A DNA stretch of 20,000 nucleotides. Origin: Halocafeteria seosinensis. Lineage: Eukaryota. The DNA lies in assembly GCA_001687465.1 (NCBI GenBank), contig LVLI01000128.1, positions 58,087 to 78,086 on the forward strand, in the 5' to 3' direction. Below are positions 1 to 10,240 of this stretch, piece by piece; position 1 is the stretch's first letter, and the number at the start of each line of letters is the position of its first letter. Below the pieces are notes generated by a model, which searched no databases, had not been told where the DNA came from, and saw nothing but the letters and a program-made list of their open reading frames with translations. The position numbers were made by a program, and so were the translations under genes.

Positions 1-37
1 TGTGCAAGATCCATACGAGTGTTGTATTCCATTACAG

Positions 38-651
38 GTAGCATTGCATTCCTTGACGCAGAGATTCGAAAGCTCACGGGCCTGAAAAAGCTGTACCTTT
101 CGTATAATCCTCTCAAACATGTGCCGCATCTGGATGGACTGGAAAACCTCGTGGAAGTGGATATCTCGTTCTGTGAATTGAAGAGTATCCCACGGCTTCC
201 GACAGCTCTCAAGAGCCTGAATGCATGTTACAACAAAGGCATCAAAACGGATAACGTCACATCTGCTCCCAAGCTGGAATCACTCAACCTGTCTGGATGT
301 CAAATGAAGAACGTCCCCGGGCATCTGGGAGAATTGTCGAAGCTTCAGGATTTCAACGTTAGCAATAACGATTTGGTTTCGCTGGGCGATATAGAGGATT
401 GGGCGAAATTGCCCGATCTCCAGTCTGTTATTGCTGAGGGAAATGAAATTCATGCTGACGAATCCACGATCCCGAGGTCACTGCTAGAGGATACACGGTT
501 GCACAAACTTACCTTGACGGGTAATCCCATCACCCAAAAGCAGATCCAAACACTGCCAGGGGCAGACTCTTTCCTGGAACGGAGGAAGGAGCGAATCGAC
601 AAAGGCATATCTACACTACAAGACAGGAGCTTATGTGGGCTCAGCACGTGA
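38..651 (+). CDS. Leucine-rich repeat protein, last exon (gene starts upstream of window); LRRC57/LRRC40-like C-terminus
   Basis: Repeated LxxLxLxxN motifs (LKKLYLSYNPL, LVEVDISFCEL, LESLNLSGCQM, LQDFNVSNNDL, LHKLTLTGNPI) and a cap FLERRKERIDK; probable acceptor attacag ending at 37; stop TGA 649-651. Confidence 0.85.
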
Positions 652-939
652 TCACTATAACACAAGAAAGTATACGTTTGCAGATCATGTCACTGAAACA
701 ATACGGGAAAGCCGTGCTCTCCGATTCAAGACGTAGCTACTGCGGCGTCCCAATAGAAGTTTATCATGGACATGATGTCATTTGCGAAAATGATTTGTAG
801 TGGTATATATACCCGCGTCCAGAAGTGAGACACAATGTGATATAACTACTACCACCCAGAGAAATCGGGAATGATCACTACACGGTGTACAAGAGTACGA
901 GACATCTTCATTATATATACGTTGATACCCGCTTAATCA

Positions 940-3296
940 TTAAACGTTGTATTGCATCGACGCTTGGTCGATGTCAAGATCATCATCGACACCTACACCA
1001 CTACATCCAGAGTTACGGCGAGGCTTTCCCTCTGAGCCTGTTGGCCGTGGATCACTGAGCGGTTGGCGAAGGAAGCTGTACGCCGCTTCAGAGGAAATGT
1101 AGCTAAGCGGTGCACCGCTATTTCTGTCAAAACCAGACTCCATGACAGCATAACCCTCTGCACAACAACGTCACACTGTACTTAGCCATGGCCATACAAA
1201 CTTCGGGAAATCAAACTGTCCTTACCTTTCGCGGCCGTTCGCAGCGACTTAACATGCACTGCCCAATCACTTGGAAAATTACAGTATCGCATGACGTCTT
1301 CGGGTTTCTTCTGTCTGCGCAAAGAATATTGCACTAAAGCTTTATCAACAGCTCTAGCCGCACTCGTCTCGTCTCTAAACGTCCCAACCACCGTTTCTCG
1401 GAACAGTGCTTTCCATTCTCCAGCCCCAGTCAAATAGACACCACGGAACCTGCTCTCCCCGGAGGAGGAGGTGTTGTCATTACGACGATGCACCCTCCTC
1501 TTTTTAGTCGAGGGAGGCAAAGAAAAGTTTGACGAAAGTACATCTCCTTCAATGCCACCACCGTAAGCAGGTTGATATGTCATGAGAGGACTTGACAGTC
1601 GACGCTTTGTACAGCTCAACGAGTCAAACGCAGGACCGCCAACCTGTGAATCCGGTGGATCCAAGATTGACGGAAGTTCGGCGTAGCAACTTTCAGTGTC
1701 ACTGTTACCATCAAAATAATCATCGAATGGTTCTTCCACGGCACATCCATAGGGAAATGAGAAGCTGGATGCCTTGTTCTGATGCGAGCGACTGTTGGTC
1801 ATCGTCGTCCTATGAGCTGTAGGCTTCGAAATACCGAGGGCACTAAACGAGCGGTGTACTTTTGGGTTTTCATATTCCGGATTGGGGACGCTGTGGCTAT
1901 GGCTCAGTGGAATTTCAAGCTTATCGTCAATGAGCCTTTCCTTCGCGGCCATGCCATGGCTATCGTTATCGGAAGAGGTAAGGTCACAAGGGTCAGTGAA
2001 TTCGAACTGACCCTCCCCGGAATCGCCATCAAACTTTGTGACTTGAACATTGGATATCAAAACATCTTTAACGGTCAAGCAAAGATTACTAGGATCGGCA
2101 CTATCTTTGCCTGCGTGTCTTTCAGCTTTGTCGTAGGCGTATTGGTTGACGGGAGCAGACGCACTCCTCGTACTACAGTTGTTAATCGCTGTACAGGACA
2201 CGCCATCTGTTGTACCATTGTATCCATTATCCATATCCCCAGATTCAGATGATACCCCCAAAGCACTTTTTCTTTGGGGAACACGATCTTCCTGTAATGA
2301 ATGATGAGAAGTCGATTTAGCGGGTGCTGCCCTATGCTTGGGAGACACGGTCTTGTTCGCCTTTTGCCGGCTTGGGGTTTCCTTCTTTACACCATTGGAG
2401 TCATCGTTACTGCTTCTCGCATTATTCATCGTGAGGTTTCGATAGTTCTTCACGGTTCTTTCCCTGCGGGGAAAGGTTCTTACACTGCCACCAGTCTCTT
2501 CACTCTCATGTTGGGTGGTATTTTGTTTCTCACGCGAAGATTCGGTAACACCAACTGTTGGAGCGGCACTGACAACAGGATTTGCGTCCACGCCCAAAGT
2601 TTCAGTGCCGCTTTGGTGCGTAGATGCAGGAGTAACTGTGGATGCGCTCGAGGAGCTGATAGCTGCTGACAATGAAGGATTCCCTTCTGGTGGAACAGGT
2701 ATTGGTGTCCCAGGAGTGAGACGAGGAGCAGACGCATTTGTCTCCCAAATCAAGATTTGCTCCGTAAACCAGGTGGGCAATGTCCCCCCGTTTTTCTTGC
2801 GTAACTCCACCAGTTGCGACAACGTACGTGCTGCAGCAGCTCTCATTGTGGGACTGGGAAAGTTAAGTTGGGATTTCATGGTTTGCGTCCCATCCCTACG
2901 CAATAGTTCACGGTCGTACGCCATCGCAGCTTCGATCGGCGTTTCGTAAGTCCCAGTGCTATTGCTTGTCATAGGTGAGTATCCGCATTCATCCTTCTCT
3001 ATCCCTCTGTATATGGTGTAGTCATGGAGTCCCAGGCGTAATTCAATGTGGGGAGTGTCGGAGCGGTTTTTAGGGTTACTTTTGTTGGTTTTCCCGTTGG
3101 CTGCCGATCCATTCGCCTTGCTTCTGGGTCGAGTAGCCACTCCAGCTTTGCTTTTCAGATGGCTGTGGCTTTGACTAGATAAATGTACAGCGTGTTGTGT
3201 CGCCATAGAGGCTCCATTAGGTGTGGAGCCATTTTCAGCCGTAGCCGCTGTCGTTCCTGTTCCTCCACTAGCTGAATCAGTGCCTTGATACGTCAT
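940..3296 (-). CDS. Double AP2-domain DNA-binding protein (~770 aa); exons 3296-1202 and 1157-940
   Basis: N-terminal AP2-like YRGI...GTYETPIEAAMAYDRELL...LNFP (~3020-2856) and C-terminal SRFRGV...WKALF...GTFRDETSAARAVDKAL...CNFP (~1454-1272). A 44-nt GT..AG intron (1201-1158, gtttgt...gtgcag) joins ORF 1182-3296 in frame to ORF 940-1143 (inferred). Confidence 0.8.
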
Positions 3297-4381
3297 TCCC
3301 TACCCCGTCTGACTGTCCGTGTGGGTGTTCCAGTTGACTAAGAATAATGTAAGAGTGTGGGGAGACTCCAAAAATATCCTGCCTGCAGAGAACGGGGAGA
3401 CAATGTATTATAAAAGATCGAACCAAAGGTTCCGCGGGATTTTTCCTTCCATCAGATTCCTCTTCCTTTTACTCCTCATACGGCACTCACAGATAGAATA
3501 CTCGCACATTCTATTGTATGACACTTACGTGACTATCTGATACGGGTCGTAGCACGGTGAAAACAACGCGAAAAAGCCTCGCTTTCCCTCGAAAAAAGAA
3601 CAAACACCAAGGCGCTGTGCTGTGGTCAGATGATGGGTATCCAGAGCCCCCAAACAGCACTTCTTCCCTCTTATTCACCTCTCCCTTCGGTCGATGTCCC
3701 ACTCCTGGATATAAGCAACACAACCCAATGAACTCGGGACACAGAAAAAGGTGTTCTGCGGCCGAAACAACCAATTGTAGAGTCCTGGAGCACTACCCGA
3801 GAGGTGTCTGTCGGGCTCTTCGTCCGGCCGGGCCCGGCCAACCGCCCGGATTGCGTGACTTCCACACGGCCACATCATGATTCATGATTCGTTCCTTGGC
3901 CGCACTGCGTCAGTCTGCTTGTACAATTGTACATTGTACAACAGCGTGTATTCAACTTCAACTATCGTAAGTGCCCGTTAGCCGAGGTTGCGCCTCTCCT
4001 CATACACTGTGTTGGGCAATACAAAACGGAACCACTGACGCAACATCGTACCCACAATTCAGCTTATGTGCAGTCGAAGATCCCTGACAAAGAGGATCGG
4101 ATTCGTCAGACTTCGATTAGACGGCCTATCAAACAGCTCGTAAACGTTTTGGAGCCCATCCTTCCGTAGGCTTGTGCAAGAAGGACGATTCGGGAATCGT
4201 GACGATTCAATCGATGAACAACTTCAACTTGCGAAACTTCAACTTGATGTGGAGCGCCATTTCTATTTTTATGAGGCCTGGTGTGTTGTTATGTAGATCA
4301 CCTTTGTGGCTACTTTACAAAACATTGGTATGACCTGATTCGCACTAATTGTCTTCGTAGTCCAGTGGTTTGTGCACGGTG

Positions 4382-6321
4382 ATGGCTGGGTTTGATTCCG
4401 GATTAATTACTTCACTACATGGCGGTGCGGCTTCGTACGTACTTTTGTTACGAGTCTGGTACCGATTTAGTGGCTGCCATACGGCTGACCGCTTTGTAGG
4501 CGATGTGTACGCAGAGATGATATCGATAGAATCGAGGAAGCCCTCAGCTCTGGACTGGATGTCGACGCGACACGAAATGGAATTACACCCCTCACAACGG
4601 CTGCGCGCCGAGGCAATGGTATGTTTACGTACGAATCACCGCTAGCCGAAGATAGAATCTTCGTCGTACTAATGCTTGCCGATCCTTTCTTATTGTTGTT
4701 GTACAGTTGCCGCAATACAGTACTTGGTTTCCCAAGGAGCAACCGTCAACCCAGGAGGCCACACGACTCCATTGCATGCTGTACGTCTCGCCGTTTCTAC
4801 GCTTTATTCTATGGCCGAACACGAAGCGTTCCTTTTTCCTTTTGCGGTGAGCAGGCCTCAGAAAATGGGTACCCAAATGCGGTGGAAGCTTTGATTGAAG
4901 CGGGAGCGGATTCTTGTCGTACTGATTCCTTCGGACTGCAGGCGTTCCAAGTAGCAGCCAGCAACGGGCATACAAAAGTAGTTAGGCGACTAGAACGGTT
5001 AACGTCGTTATTCTGTAACCACGTTATGATACAGCGAAGGCTATTCTTTCATATGAAATATCGGAAGGACATGTGGCTCGTAGTCAGGCGACTTGGGCGT
5101 GCACATTACAACACGTCTGTGCTGCTGTACAAGTCAACAAAACAATCCAAGCCGGCACTAGAATTACTTGCCCCTGTGATTGAACCGATCGAAGAGCAAT
5201 CGTCCGATGAGTTTGTGTGCTTTAAACTGTCTGCTCGTGCCACACCAGCAACGACACGGGGTAAGACAACTTCCGAAGCTAAACCGGTTCGGGCAAATTG
5301 CCCGCTCACCCTCGTTGCAGATCGTATGTTGTATAATCTGCTGTGTGAAAGTCTAATTCGAGATAACGTTGTGACAGATACTACGACCGAAAGTGTTCAG
5401 GAATCAGAAGAAGAAACTACTACCCCTGTAGACGCAGCAGAGGAAAGGCTGTTGGTAGCGAAGATCCAAAAGCTTCAGGAGCAGGAGACATTCCTGAACC
5501 CTCCATACTTTTGCTGCCCGATCACTCGCGAAATTATGATTCATCCCGTTGTGGCTGCTGACGGTCATACGTACGAGAAATCTTCCATTTCTCAATGGAT
5601 TAAAAGATGTCATCGATCACCTAAAACCAATAGCCGTTTGCTTCATGTCAACCTTGTTCCGAATTATCTCTTGAGGAGCCAAATTAGGGAGTGGGTGGAC
5701 TCTCAAATGGCTGAGAGAGGTTTAGTAGTACTAACAGAGGACGGAAAAATGGAGGAAGGACAAGCATCCCACATCCGAATGGAGTCAACCACAGCGGCCG
5801 GCTCATGCGATACTTCTACGACAAACACTGAAGCTTCACCATGTACTACGTCTGCAGCCACTGCAATGGTGGAAAACAAAGCGTCCGTAGAACCAGCTGG
5901 AGGCAATGAAGTACTGGTGCCGACGACGTCCGTGGCTGAGTCAACTTCGACCGACGCAGAGGTCCAACCCAGTGGTCAATCGCCTGATGTACGGCATGCT
6001 CCTCCTCGAGTTCCGCATCCCCCTCCCTCTAGCCGGAATGCATCAAATGGAGGAGATAATGAAGAGGATCACTTTGAGGAGAGTGGAGCTTTTCTCACCG
6101 CCTTTCGCGAACACAGGAAGAGCCCTAAAGTGGAACAGGGGAGTCCCTCCGTAGTTGAAACTGCTGCCGCGAACGAAGACTCTAGGAAAAAAGCGCACCT
6201 CATGTCGGGATACGTTTCGCCAATGGCAAGAAGCAAGTTCAAGCGTCCCGCGAGAAAAGCGCGGGCGAATAGAAAACGGCAGACTAGGAGTACGGCACAA
6301 GCAACTTCTGAAGAAGTTTGA
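4382..6321 (+). CDS. Ankyrin-repeat / PH-like / U-box E3 ubiquitin ligase (~565 aa); exons 4382-4434, 4515-4618, 4707-4780, 4855-6321
   Basis: Three GT-AG introns (80, 88, 74 nt) restore continuous ankyrin repeats (GITPLTTAARRGNVAAIQYLVSQGA; TTPLHAASENGYPNAVEALIEAGAD; AFQVAASNGHTKVV). U-box FCCPITREIMIHPVVAADGHTYEKSSISQW..SPKT..LVPNYLLRSQIREW at ~5503-5694; disordered tail with basic NLS-like end. Confidence 0.88.
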
Positions 6322-7313
6322 AATTCTTTAGGACGTAGGAAACGACAAGGATTCTTAATACTAGCCCTTGACGTAGAGGATAAGAAGACTACCGAAGTTC
6401 TCGCTCTCCGCGTAATAAGTAACGGGAAGCAACTTCTTGGTATTTGTACAAACTGTTGCTGCGGGATCGCTGCAACTTGCCGCTGGTATTGGGTAAGTGA
6501 ATGTTGAACAAACGCATGAAGTGATGGCTACATGGTGTTTACATCATCTGGAGGTTGTGTTCCAAAGCCTACAAATGCGGGTGCCGAAACGACGTTGGTA
6601 CTACGTCTGATAAGGATACTGTAACTGGAGAGATCTTTCTCAATCTTCAGACTAAAGTATGACGCACTTAAGAACGGAGCCGTTGCCTGTGCTTTGAAGC
6701 AAATGATAAAAATACGAAAGGAACCAGCAGTGGACCGTCCCAATAAGGCACCGGTTATGGTTAGGAAGACAGACTCTACACTTGTTGTACCGTGTGCTTG
6801 TCCCCAATTGTTCACCAGTCCGCACCAAGTTTCGAGATCGCTGGGTTCCATCGTGATTGTTGGGGTTTTGCTTATGGTTCTTGCAACTCTGGTGGACAGC
6901 CACCGCCTCCCTGTATCTAAGCACACTGCTTGTGGTCCACACATAGTGGTGACAGTAACCAAGCACGGCCGCGCTGCTGTAGTACCAACATTAAGGATGA
7001 GATGTAAAAAAATAAATAAAAATTATCCCCTAAGCTCCACGTACTAGCTCGTCCTTCTGCATATCGAGTACTTCCGTGTCACGCCGTGTATTGCTCTGTA
7101 CGTGAAAATGGCGAGGCGGGAAAGGCTTTCGTTTGCTTCGTTCAATTCCAGAGTTAGTTGAAGTTCTCTCGAACTGAGTGGTCCCAGCTGACGAGACTTT
7201 CGTGAGCTTGTGGTACACAATCCTTGTGCGCGAGGTTTGACGGTAAAATCCCCAGCAAGAGTTCGGAGTGACGGTTGAGGTTTTAGTGGTAAAGCGTACG
7301 GTGTGTGGGTAGC

Positions 7314-8200
7314 ATGGAGGAGGCCCAGTTTTCATGCCATGCTTCGTCTTCCGAGGAAGATGTGGAGGAGATACAAGGTTATGAAGAGGAGTGCAGTCGA
7401 CAGTACCGCTACGGCGTAGATAAGGTGAGTTAGCGACTGTACAGTGGCTTGAATGGCGTATACACGCAAGTACGGCGGTACACACAGGTGGCGGAGGCCA
7501 TGGATTACTCGGATAACGTGATACGAATACGGTATCGAGCTGGTAAGGTGGCATGTCAATGTCTAACCAGAGCACTGTATGAAGCACTCCTGTCGTTTCC
7601 TGTGCGCAGAGATATCGCCTGACTGGCCGCTATTCCAGATGTTCTGTTGTGGTCCCTGCAAATATGATAAACTGCTCCGAGTACGTCGCCGTTGGTCCCA
7701 TGAAGTGGCTATGTCAACTGTCACTCTGATGATGCATTCGCAGAGGACGTATTTCCACGTTCATGAAAACAGAATTGAGTACAACTACCCGATTATCATA
7801 GCTGGCATTTTCGTCATTGACCGAGTTGGAGTTATGTATTTTGATAGATGCGTAGGCTACCATTCGCGGTCCAAGTTGTGTACTCCCTACCATTGCTGCT
7901 TTGTACTCGAGTCATGTGGACAAGTGATGAAAGAACCTGTGTCGGAATGCTGTACTCCAGACTGGTGCAACTGCCTTTTTGGCCCACTTTTCCGGTGGTA
8001 AGTAGGATGACACGGCCTTCGGCCAGTACTGGCATCGTAACACGGTGTGGTTGTGCTGCAGGTATCCTGGACTCTACGACGCGGAAGCTACGGCGAAAGC
8101 CGTCCGAGCTGCTTATGACGATTGGCTCAATGCTCGTAGTGCAGCGGCAGGTGCTGGGAATGTAGCTCCGGCTGCACACCCAGAACCAGAAAGTATGTAA
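7314..8200 (+). CDS. Uncharacterised Cys-rich protein (~209 aa); exons 7314-7424, 7488-7542, 7610-7680, 7744-7997, 8062-8200
   Basis: Four introns (63, 67, 63, 64 nt) with strong donors gtgagt, gtaagg, gtacgt, gtaagt and cag acceptors, all phase-compatible. Protein: ...FCCGPCKYDKLLRRTYFHVHENRIEYNYP...DRVGVMYFDR...CTPYHCC...CCTPDWCNC...WYPGLYDAEATAKAVRAAY... Confidence 0.75.
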
Positions 8201-8933
8201 AGGGACCTTTGACTTCAGAGACCGGTACTCGGTCGATCGACAGATGGAGAGGGCTTGTGTACGGAAGATTGTGTTGTGTATACTACTTGTTTGAGGGTAG
8301 TAAAGGACCTACTGACCCAAGAAGTACATCTCAGGTAGTCTTGGACACCTCACTGTCGCTTGCAATTTCGACGATGGAGTTCAAACCATATTCTGAGGAA
8401 CCACACTTGGGGAAAACCGTTGTCCTCGAATATGCAAGCACTGTGTGTAAATTGGTGGTGCGCTTCTGCGTAGCTCTTTTGTACTAGTAGATTCGTAGGC
8501 GACTGTACTCTGGGAATGAAGAGAGATGTCTTTCTCTTTCATCCGGGCTCATCCCCCGCCGGCCCGAGGGACTCAGGATCAAGAGGAAATTAACTGAGTA
8601 AATCCGCTTCCATCGTTTTCCTGTGCATGGTTTCATCCAAACCTCCCGGGGTCGTATGTTAGATCGATACTTACTTTTTTCCTTTTGTACCACAAAATTC
8701 CGATATACTCTATCAGCTGCTTAGAAATTCCTCAGGAGAACTGATGAACAAGCATGAGCATTGTGAGTTCGCGACATTTGGGAGACTCTACTCATTGGCC
8801 CATGGCATTGCGTCATTACGACTCCTCGCATTGATTAAACTATTGAGATTGTGAAGTCGTCACTGGTTAAACTTGCGTCGTCTTCTGATCCATTGCCCAT
8901 GGCTGAGTGCTGGCGTGACGTACCAGCTGGTGC

Positions 8934-9022
8934 CCGTCGCTGCTTAACACGGGCGCATACCGCTCCTCGTTAAGCCGGTGGGTTATCTGTCACATATGTG
9001 TGTGAGATTCCTAACCCACCGG
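8934..9022. repeat. Dispersed structured repeat, copy A (inverted relative to copy B)
   Basis: 8934-8974 is the exact reverse complement of 19742-19782 (41/41); 8975-8993 matches the reverse complement of 19702-19720 (18/19); internal 11-bp perfect inverted repeat 8975-8985/9012-9022. Confidence 0.9.
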
Positions 9023-9065
9023 GATAGACCCCTGCGTTCCTGTGGAACGGAAAGAAAAACCCTAA

Positions 9066-9166
9066 CATATTTTTATATGAATGTTACTTTCGTAAAATTT
9101 ATATTAACGTACAAGTTGTAATTATATGAATGTTACTTTTTTATTTATTTGAACAAAATTTATATT
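9066..9166. repeat. AT-rich island with internal direct duplication
   Basis: ttatatgaatgttacttt at 9073-9090 and 9122-9139; aaaatttatatt at 9094-9105 and 9155-9166; far more AT-rich than its flanks. Confidence 0.85.
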
Positions 9167-10240
9167 GATGCTATTCGTATGGACAGATTCTCCACTTTCT
9201 TCGACAATTGTCTCAGAGAGGTTTGGGGCGTTTTTCTGCTGGATGCTTTGGAATCTTCGTCTTTATGGTTATCCGTTTAGAACAGGCTCACGACTCCAGT
9301 CACGAGAGTTCCAGCCCTGTATGTTGGGGAAGCACCGTCGTCGCTTCCTCCAGAAGAGAGGGCGCTTTAGAAGGTGTCATTGAGCACTGTGTGACATAGC
9401 GGAGAATTATATATAGGGAAAAATGCAATTTAGTATACATAAAGCGAGGGAACTCTGAGTTAATACGCCAAAACGCCCGAACGACGACATGGAAGTCACT
9501 GGCAATCGTACTGATGCAATCCTCCACGAGATACCTCCTCACTTTTTTTCCGAAACGTCAACATAAGAGATCCGGGCACTCTTCCCGACGAGAAGTGTTT
9601 TGACGAGCCCTTCGTAGAGTCTTTGTGAAACCGTAGCCCTACCACACACAGTGTACAGTACCACAGTACAAGAAACAAGACCGTGTTTCTGAGACATGAG
9701 TCATTATCCTTCATCCGCAATCCGCATGTGTTAAAGGCTCATTTCACGCCGAACGAAACGAAGTAGTCCACAACACATTGTTGTATACCGTATACCCCTT
9801 GCATTTCACAGTTCGTCCTTGAAGTTGCACATTCAATCATAGTGAATTTCATAGACTTGATCATTAGTAGATACTCCAATAGGCACGGCATTGGTAAGCT
9901 TATTCATTTCCGATATGGTGCAAATGCTGTACTATACTAGAAGGTGTACATATAGACCGGATACACTGACAGTCGAGAGCAAAAGGAAGGAGAACGCACG
10001 AAATTCATTCTTCTAACAAGGCGTCTTGTGTACTACGCGATGGTAGATACACTTGTTATCTAGCAGTGCCCTTACTATATATTGTAGGTATGTGTACATA
10101 CTGCGTCTAAGCGGTCAACCCAGCTGGAGATAAATAGATGAAAGCATGGTGAAGGACGAAAAGAATCGTGTTGCTGGTACGGGAATCATTCAGCCCATTT
10201 GATTCATTACGCTGGTTTCTATTTGAGAGCATTGTGACAA

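Noticed and set aside
1592..2949. Several + strand and alternate-frame ORFs overlapping the AP2 gene
   Set aside because: Shadow ORFs with no recognisable motifs; the minus-strand AP2 frame explains the region.
3319..4169. Short ORFs between the divergent AP2 and ANK-U-box genes
   Set aside because: No domains or coherent splice model; more likely UTR and promoter DNA.
6528..7047. Overlapping ORFs on both strands, and a LIM-like CTVC-x17-H-x2-C string in a + frame at 6765-6920
   Set aside because: The frame is broken by several stops, the second half of a LIM domain is absent and no splice model was found; a pseudogene is possible but unsupported.
8741..8780. CTGATGA as a hammerhead ribozyme core
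   Set aside because: No GAAA after a stem II and no compatible stems I and III.
8955..9022. HDV-like ribozyme suggested by tcctcg...gccggt-gg spacing
   Set aside because: P3 cannot pair (cgc vs taa), no P2 or J4/2 fits, and copy B has 21 extra nt at this point.
9165..10240. Short ORFs upstream of TOP3A
   Set aside because: No motifs or consistent exon chain.
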